Origin: Octopus vulgaris
Lineage: Eukaryota
Length of the DNA: 64,000 nucleotides
NCBI GenBank assembly: GCA_951406725.2
Contig: OX597818.1
Coordinates: forward strand, 117,304,001-117,368,000
Reading direction: 5' to 3'
Of this stretch, positions 56,059 through 64,000 are shown piece by piece. Numbering within the stretch: position 1 is the first letter of the stretch; every line of letters starts with the position of its first letter. Below the pieces are notes generated by a model that saw nothing but the letters and a program-made list of their open reading frames with translations, had not been told where the DNA came from and made no database searches. Made by a program: the position numbers and the translations under genes.

Positions 56059-56668
56059 TGTGTGTGTGTGTGTGTGTGTATGTATGCGTGTGTTCGTGTG
56101 TCTGCGTTTGTACCCCCAACATCGCTTGACAACTGATGCTGGTGTGTTTACGTTCCCGTAACTTAGAATAAGTCCTTGGCTTACAAAGAATAAGTTCTGG
56201 GCTCGATTTGCTCCAGCATAACCGCAGTCAAGTAAAAGGATAAAAGTTTAAAAGAGTGAATGCTCAGAAAAATTATATGCTAAACCTAGATCATTACGAT
56301 GACGATGGCTACAGTTATGATGAAAGCGACCTATACGAAGACGATTACAAAATACGAAAAAATACGAAGACAGCGACCTATGACGAAGATGGTGATGATA
56401 ATAATAACGATAATGATGTTTAGCTCCAGGACAATCTACATTAAACAGACAAACGATCAAAGTAATCAAAGTGTTCATGCTGTCAGCATCTGGTTTCAAA
56501 CAGTAAGGCCATCTGAACGCCATTTTAGATTGTATATTTCTTCATTTACGATCGTTGTATTTGATACGGGGACGTTTGGCTGCCATGTTTAAGAAATCGA
56601 CGATCGATTACGTAAATAATCTCACAATGTTGTAGCTTCTGCTTTCTTTTTGATATATATTTAATATG

Positions 56669-56860
56669 ATCTTTTACTTGGTTCAGTCATTAGACTGCGG
56701 CCAAGTTTGGGCACACAGCCTCAAATAATTTTTAGTGGAATAAATCGACCCCGGTATTTTTGTCTAAACGTGGTACTTATTCTATCGGTCTCTTTTGCCG
56801 AAGCCCTAAGTTAACACTAAGTTGTCAAGCGGTGGTAGTTGGGTGGGGGCAAACACACAC
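56669..56860 (-). mobile_element. SINE family A, diverged 3' half
   Basis: cttttacttggttcagtcatt...acttattctatcggtctcttttgccgaa. Confidence 0.7.
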
Positions 56861-57317
56861 AATCACACACACACATACACATACACACACACATGCACAC
56901 ACGCATACACACACACACATAGAAAGCCGATGTTCGCTGTCGTTGCTATCGTTTGTATTATCACTGTACTTGTTAGTAAATGACGGTTGCTATAACATTT
57001 GGTGTAATTGATTATGGCATTAATGAAATAGCAACGTAAGTGGATGGCCATAAATTGCAGAGATGAAGTGTAAAACAATTAAATCTTGGCTCGTAGAATG
57101 GTCGATTGTTAGAAGTGTTAGACTGCCGGTAAAATTGTCTTGCGGTATTTGTTCCGGTTCTGCGTTCTCATCGCATATGCCACAAAATTCAAAATTACGT
57201 AGCAAATATTTTGGTCTCAAATGAGATAGAAGTGAAATAATGAGCTCACTTCATCTCTCTTTGTCTGACTCATCCTCTCTCTTTCCGTCTATCAGTAACT
57301 GTCAATCTTTAGTTATT

Positions 57318-57404
<87 letters not shown>

Positions 57405-57412
57405 CTGTAAAA

Positions 57413-57640
57413 AGGGCGGCGAGCTGGCAGAAACTTTAGCACGCCGGGCGAAATGCGTAGCCGTATTTCGTCTGCCGTTACGTTCTGAGTTCAAATTCCG
57501 CCGAGGTCGAAATTGCCTGTCATCCTTTCGGAGTCGATAAGTTAAATACCAGTTACGCACTGAGGTCCATGTAATCGACTTAATCTGTTTGTCTGTCCTT
57601 GTTTGTCCCCTCTGTGTGTAGCCCCTTGTGGGCAGTAAAG

Positions 57641-57643
<3 letters not shown>
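57413..57643 (+). mobile_element. tRNA-derived SINE family B (Meta-like central domain), full monomer
   Basis: ggcggcgagctggcagaa...gagttcaaattcc (B box), central gcctgtcatcctttcggagtcgataa...tacca, tail tgtccttgtttgtcccctc...gtaaagaaat. The domain name is from memory. Confidence 0.85.
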
Positions 57644-57713
<70 letters not shown>

Positions 57714-58146
57714 TGTAACTTTTTATCTCTTTCGCTATCTTTCGCTGTCAACGAGGCTTGTCAACGAGGCTCTGGTAGAATATTATACGCGATGATGAAC
57801 TTACTTAATACGTATTTTATCGGCCACGGAACAATGAAGAAAATGGTGATGTTGGTGACATACATAAAGAACTTAGAAATATGGTAAAGGAATATTACAT
57901 GAACTTGTGCCATGGCATTGCGCCGTCTGTGGAAATCACCACCGTTCTTATACCGTTCAAGGATATGGTACATGGTTTGTACATTTGCATTTCAAGTCTT
58001 ATTTCAAATGAATATGTATGTATCTATTCATCTATCTATCTGTAAACATATATAAATACATACATATAAGAAGGGAAAATGCAAATTTTGAAAAATCTCG
58101 TATTCATTGCGTTGGCGGGTAAACTGGGCATACACACACACACACA

Positions 58147-58236
<90 letters not shown>

Positions 58237-58381
58237 GGTATGTATATATATGTATATATATATAAATATGTATACATGTATGTATATAGATAGATAGATA
58301 GATAGATAGAGGGATGGATGGTTGGATAGATAAATATACAAATAGAAATACATATATACGCACGTCCATACAGACCAGTAT

Positions 58382-58425
<44 letters not shown>

Positions 58426-58439
58426 TATGTATGTATGTG

Positions 58440-58479
<40 letters not shown>

Positions 58480-59257
58480 GGTCATATTCCGCCAATTAAT
58501 TGCACCACACACGCACTATACATTTCGTCTTCTCTTGAGATTTTTTAAATTTTTCTCTTCAGTTTTCTTGACAAAGAAGTAGATTGATAATAACGAAGCT
58601 GAAGTGAAGACAAAATATCTATGGTGTGTATTTAATTGGCAGATATGACCATCCGCAAGTATAACACTATCTGTTTCAACTAACGATTTCACACCAAGAA
58701 TCTTACAAAACAAACACATAAACGTCTTTTTCAATTCTTTTGCCAAATGATTCGCATTCATATTCATTCTCTCTTTTCAACTTCTCTCCACAAACCCTCA
58801 TCTCCTTCACTTACGTTTGTCCTATTTTCTTTCATACATTTAGTGGAAGCTTTTCCACTACCATTTTTCTTAATCTCTCTCTCTCTCTCTCTGCCTCATC
58901 TCTTCCTTCGTCGACTATGACATTTTCATTTCATTGTGTAGCTGTCTTTTCACTATCGCCCTGCATTTTATTTAGCGTACGTACTACACATAAACGCACA
59001 AGCACACACGAACACATACACACACACACACACACGCACACACACAAGTGGGTATATGCCAATGTCTACTGTGCGCATATCCCTCCCTATGCGTATTCCT
59101 CTCCTATTACTAAGCATGTTATTTTTTAACCCTATATTTCCAACACCGATTGATTATTCACTATGTGTCTTCCCTCTAAGTTCCCTCCGTCTCTCGCTGT
59201 CTCGTCCCCAATCTTCTCTCTACATAATTATACATCTGTACATATATATTTACATGC

Positions 59258-59332
<75 letters not shown>

Positions 59333-59339
59333 ATATATA

Positions 59340-59524
59340 ACTGATAGATCGCTAGCCACTACACATTATTTATTTTCTTTCCTTGTTTCTTTGTGTGTTC
59401 CTTTCTGTGGAAGAGCGTAGGTTCGAAACGTTAAAGACTTTTTCACTTCCCGAGCGTTATACTAATACATCTATTTGTTGTCTATACCACCTGTATTCGT
59501 CTTTTGTTTTTCTGTGAATTCTCT

Positions 59525-59528
<4 letters not shown>
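59340..59528 (+). mobile_element. Short (TA)n-embedded module with variant hammerhead core
   Basis: cttt-CTGTGGA-a-gagc-gtag-gttc-GAAAC-gtt-aaag at 59401-59436. Downstream ttcccgagcgt...taatac...tatttgtt resembles the 16.0/49.2 kb family. TA runs on both sides. Confidence 0.5.
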
Positions 59529-59558
<30 letters not shown>

Positions 59559-59561
<3 letters not shown>

Positions 59562-60008
59562 CAGGAGTGGCTGTGTTGTAAGTAGCACAGGTTCAGGAGT
59601 GGTCTGTGAGGTGAATAGCTTGCTTAGCAACAACCTGGTTCCGGGTTCAGTCCCTGTGCATACTACCTTGAGCAAGTGTCTTCTACCCTAGCCTAGGGCC
59701 GACCACAGCCTTGTGAGTGGATTTGGTAGACGGAAACTAAAAGAATCCCGTCGTATATATGTATGTATGTATGTATATACGCATGTGTGTGTATATGTTA
59801 ATGTGTTTGTGTTTTCCCCCGCCCCAAATATCCCTTCGCAACAGATACTGGTGTGTTTGCATCTCTGTAACATAGCGGTTCAGCAAAGGAGCCCGATAGA
59901 ATAAGTACTAGGTTTACGAAGAAAAAGTCATGGGATATATTTGCTCGACTGAAGGCGGTGCTCCAGCATGGCCACAGTCAAATAGCTTAAACAAGTAAAA
60001 GACTAAAA

Positions 60009-60010
<2 letters not shown>
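59559..60010 (+). mobile_element. SINE family A with duplicated 5' end
   Basis: caggagtggctgtg...agtagc occurs twice in tandem (59562 and 59595). Confidence 0.85.
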
Positions 60011-60051
<41 letters not shown>

Positions 60052-60059
60052 CACACAAA

Positions 60060-60200
60060 ACGTCCATCAAACACCTGTGCACTTCTGTTCCACTAATATT
60101 GCTACAACTGGCAATAGTTTTGTCAATGCCATTCCTTAAATATGCCAGGCGCTCTGCGTAAGCTAATCCGTACGTTCCATAGAGAACACTTCTCATGTTG
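60060..60200 (-). mobile_element. Decayed CR1-like LINE fragment
   Basis: GTYGLAYAERLAYL resembles the CR1 motif GL.Y.ERL..L. Confidence 0.45.
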
Positions 60201-60352
60201 AGTATTGAATCATCTACTGTTTTTGGAAGTTGCTACCATGAAGTTCTGGCACGCTTTGTAGTCAAAACAAGAAGATTTAGTGCATCTACTATTACAAACC
60301 AACAACATCAACGAAAACATCAGCAACTTAGAATGCAGGCAACAACAGCAAC

Positions 60353-60487
60353 ATGGAGGTGCAATGGCTTAGTGTTTAGGGCAGCGGACTAGCGGTCGTA
60401 AGAACACGGTTTCGATTCTCAGACCGGGCTTTGTGAGTGTTTATTGAGCAAAAACACCGAAGCTCCACGAGGCCCCGGCGGGGAGGA
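60353..60487 (+). mobile_element. 3'-truncated SINE family C
   Basis: Head and first part of the body match 33138-33518. Confidence 0.8.
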
Positions 60488-60633
60488 TAACAACGTAGCT
60501 TTGGCGCCCGTGCAACGGCCAGTCTATCGCGTGTGGTGGGTGGATCTTCAAGTTGCCAGACGCATTCTTAGTAGCTTAGAGTAGGCTCGAATTAGATATT
60601 ATTTTTTGTGGTTAATCGCGTGAGTCCTGATTG

Positions 60634-60740
60634 GAAGAAGAAGAAGAAGAAGACGAAGAAGAAGAAGAAGAAGAAGAAGAAGAAGAAGAAGAAGAAGAAG
60701 AAGAAGAAGAAGAAGAAGAAGAAGAAGAAGAAGAAGAAGA
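60634..60740. repeat. (GAA)n trinucleotide run
   Basis: Direct inspection. Confidence 0.95.
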
Positions 60741-60864
60741 CAACAGTTACAATGAGTAACCAGCGTTAGAAGATTTTCCTATATGATCATTAGGTCAGAT
60801 GGAAATAGCAGCTATATCTTCCTCAAATATTACACTATTATCATCAGAAGAGGAGATAAACAAT

Positions 60865-61072
60865 TCTTGGTGCTAGAGGCTCAAGACCGTAGAATTTGGT
60901 AGGAGAGAAAGAGCTAGTCGATTCTTTCGACCACAGTGCTTGATTTCTATTATCTTATTGACCACGAAAGCATGAAAGATAAAGTAGACATCGGTGGAAT
61001 TTGAACTCAGAGCATAAAACCGGAAGAAATCTCTGTGAGTATTTCGTTCGGCGTGGTAACGATACTGCTGGT
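60865..61072 (-). mobile_element. Diverged SINE family B
   Basis: catgaaagataaagtagacatcggtggaatttgaactcag. Confidence 0.65.
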
Positions 61073-61085
61073 TTGCTATTTTGAA

Positions 61086-61348
61086 TATAAAAGTACTAAA
61101 TGCGCCATTTTAAAGCCTAGCCAGTTTCATGGGCCCGGTTTCCCGGTTTCAATGGCGTATGTGTTCCCCAGCTGGACGGGATGTCAGTCCATCGCAGCGT
61201 AACTCATTTTTGCCAGCTGAGTGGACTGGAGCAACGTGAAATGAAGTGTTTTGCTCAAGAACACAACGCGTCGCTCGGTCAAAGAATTGAAACCGCAATC
61301 TTACGATCATGATGCTGACCCCTAACCACTAAGCCACGCGCCTCCACA
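61086..61348 (-). mobile_element. tRNA-derived CORE-type SINE with a different tail and 13-bp TSD
   Basis: ttgctattttgaa at 61073-61085 and 61349-61361. Head gtggaggcgcgtggcttagtggttaggg; CORE-like ttgtgttcttgagcaaaacacttcatttc. Confidence 0.85.
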
Positions 61349-62459
61349 TTGCTATTTTGAAAAGCAATAAATAATGAAAATCCTAAACAGCGTTCCCTAA
61401 AAGTGTGATGGTCACAATTGGGAAGCTTGTTATCATTGGTCTGTTGAATGAATCATCGGCTGGAGCTAGATGAGAGAAATAAATGTCGAAAATATATATC
61501 AGAAACAAATAAGATAAAACTTTCTGCTGATTAAAACGACGACAAATGCGATGATGAAGTTGATTGATAAATGTATCTCCAAATCTGTTCAAATGTGAGA
61601 CATTCTCGTTATTATCGTGAGCCAAAGCACTGACGATCATGTGATACAATGATAATGTATTCAAATATAAAGTGAAAGATATCTTTGAAAGAAGGTATCA
61701 AACAGAAATTTACTACTTGCATGAAGATTTGAATCTAAAGTCTAGCATACTTTCACACACAAACACACACACACACACTCATATATGCATATATTCATTC
61801 TTGTATGCACACACATACAATAAAATAGGGAGAATATATGTATATATAAGAATATATGTATATATAAGAATATATGTATATATAAATGTACATGTTGATA
61901 AATATACTAACATATACATATTTATATAATATAAGCATATAAACATATATAAAATATGTGTGTGTATGTATATATATATATATATATATGCACATACACA
62001 TACACACACATATATATGTATACGTTTATGTATAAATATATGCATATATATACATATATATATATATATATGTAAGCACATGCACACATACTCATACACA
62101 TATGCATGTATGTATGTTTGTATATAAACATACACATACAATTTTGATAATTCGCCAACAGAAACTGCAGCACAGGGTAATCTTTTTCTGTTTCCAACGT
62201 AATTTGTATCGTGTGTGTGTGTATGTGTGTGTATGAATTCATGTGGGGTATCGTTTGCGTGTTTGTATGCCTATCTGTATGCATGTGTATATCTGTGTGT
62301 GTGAGAGAGTGTGTGATCTCCATATGTATTCTTAATCCGGCTTAACAAAGCGACTTGGCTTCGAGAGCCTTTATTGGTTTTCATTTTATTGCAACAACTG
62401 CATCTGATGTTTGGGGTCTATAACTCCCTATTCATGAGTATGTGTGTGTGTGTGGGGGG

Positions 62460-62607
62460 GGGTTCCTGTGGTAAGACGTTTTCTTCTTAACCACTTGGTT
62501 CCGAGTTCAGTCCCACTGCTCGGCACCATCGAGTAATTGTCTTCTGGTGTATCCGACAAAAACGCTTAAAGAGTGGATTTGGTAGACAGAAACTGAAAGA
62601 AGCCTGT

Positions 62608-62645
<38 letters not shown>

Positions 62646-62760
62646 CATACATGTATATCTATGTATGTATGTATGTATATTTGTGTGAGTGTGTATATAT
62701 ATATTTATATATACATACATACACACATATATATCATATATATACATATACATATGCATA

Positions 62761-62798
<38 letters not shown>

Positions 62799-62939
62799 AC
62801 AGGCTTCTTTCAGCTTCGGTCTACCACATCCAATCACCAGTCTTTGGTCGGCCACAGGCTATAGAAGACACTTGCCCAAGGTACCACGCAGTGAGACTGA
62901 ACCCGGAAGCATGTGGTTGGAAAGCAAGCTATATACCAC

Positions 62940-62942
<3 letters not shown>
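62460..62942. mobile_element. Two inverted SINE family A 5' halves around a TA/TG tract
   Basis: 62460-62610 is on + and 62797-62942 is on -. Confidence 0.75.
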
Positions 62943-62983
<41 letters not shown>

Positions 62984-63416
62984 GTCTTATTCAGATAAAC
63001 GAAGGATTTAGTGTATGGGATGAATTAAATCTCTTCCTATCCTTTATTATCTGTCTTTCGCATTTTCGCCTCTGTTTTAGTTTATTAGTTTCGTTTATCA
63101 TTCTCTCTGCCTTTCTGTGTTCCTCGTTTGAATACCTGTTGTCCCTTTTCTATTTGTTGTTGCGTGATGTATGTCAATGACCTGTAGAATTGGTACAGTG
63201 TTTAACAGTCACCTATCGATTTTCACTTATTTCTCTCGTTCTCTAAATTCAAATTATATGAACAGAAGCACAGCACGCGTAGATCGAACAGGGAAGTATA
63301 TACCTATTATCACGCACGTACATCTGTATCTATACATTATACTATATCAAAATATATCTACGAATCCTGATCATCGTTCGCTCTAATTACGTGTAAACCT
63401 AAAACTTTAGAAAAAG

Positions 63417-63822
63417 GATCAGGAGTGGTTGTGTGATAAGTAGCTTGCTTACCAGCCACATGCTTCCGAGTTCAGTCTCACTGCGTGGCACCTTGGGCAA
63501 GTGTCTTCTACTATAGCCTCGGGCAGACCAAAGCCTTGTGAGTGGATTTGGTAGATGGAAACTGAAAGAAGCTCGTCGTATGTATGGATATATATATATA
63601 TATGTATGTGTGTGTATATGTTTATGTGTCTGTGTTTGTCCCCCAACATCGCTTGACAACCGATGCTGGTGTGTTTACGTCCCCGTAGCTTAGCGGTTCT
63701 GCAAAAGAGACCGATAGATTAAGTACTAGGCTTCCAAAGTATAAGTCCTGGGGTCGATTTGCTCGACTAAAGGTGGTGCTCCAGCATGGCCACAGTCAAA
63801 TGACTGAAACAAGTAAAAGAGT
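63417..63822 (+). mobile_element. SINE family A, full length
   Basis: Complete head, CORE-like block, internal microsatellite and tail. Confidence 0.9.
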
Positions 63823-64000
63823 ATATCTGCCTATGACCGTGCATCCATATAATATTAGAGCGATATAAAGACAGACATAATGAACGGCGTGATTAGAATG
63901 TCTGACCCTTAAATTCTGTCCGTCTAGCTTCACCTTCATAGAATATTCCTGGAAAATACTGAAATCCTTTCAATTTGTTACCTGATTGATTTTTATCACA

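Noticed and set aside
61830-61886. Three copies of an 18-bp unit gaatatatgtatatataa
   Set aside because: Ordinary slippage within a TA-rich microsatellite field.

Overview
AT-rich, microsatellite-saturated animal genomic DNA, not prokaryotic. The set of tRNA-derived SINE families and the (TA)n/(GATA)n/(AAT)n load look like an Octopus (cephalopod) genome; this is inferred from recalled repeat families and not verified. Almost all ORFs in the supplied track are microsatellite artefacts. I find two probable coding exons of one minus-strand host gene: a signal-peptide exon at 47660-47786 and a phase-1/phase-1 exon at 4929-5072 that ends at the start of an EF-hand. Most of the window is therefore probably intron. 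The rest is a dense set of mobile elements. (i) At least four tRNA-head SINE families, including tandem multimers and copies with clean target-site duplications (TSDs). (ii) Five 3'-terminal fragments of restriction-like-endonuclease (RLE) non-LTR retrotransposons: three R4/Dong-like copies in or ending in (TAA)n, one of them with a 342-aa open C-terminal frame, and two from a different lineage that begin right after (CATA)n. (iii) RTE and CR1 LINE remnants. (iv) Tc1/mariner transposase remnants. (v) A Penelope-like GIY-YIG remnant, several short modules carrying type I hammerhead ribozyme cores, and several fold-back elements embedded in (TA)n. The most interesting signals are the hammerhead/fold-back modules in (TA)n, the candidate (CATA)n-targeting RLE lineage, and SINE-seeded microsatellites acting as landing pads for the Dong-like LINEs. 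All alignments and folds were done by eye, and repeat boundaries are approximate (about +/-10-20 bp) unless a TSD or splice site fixes them.
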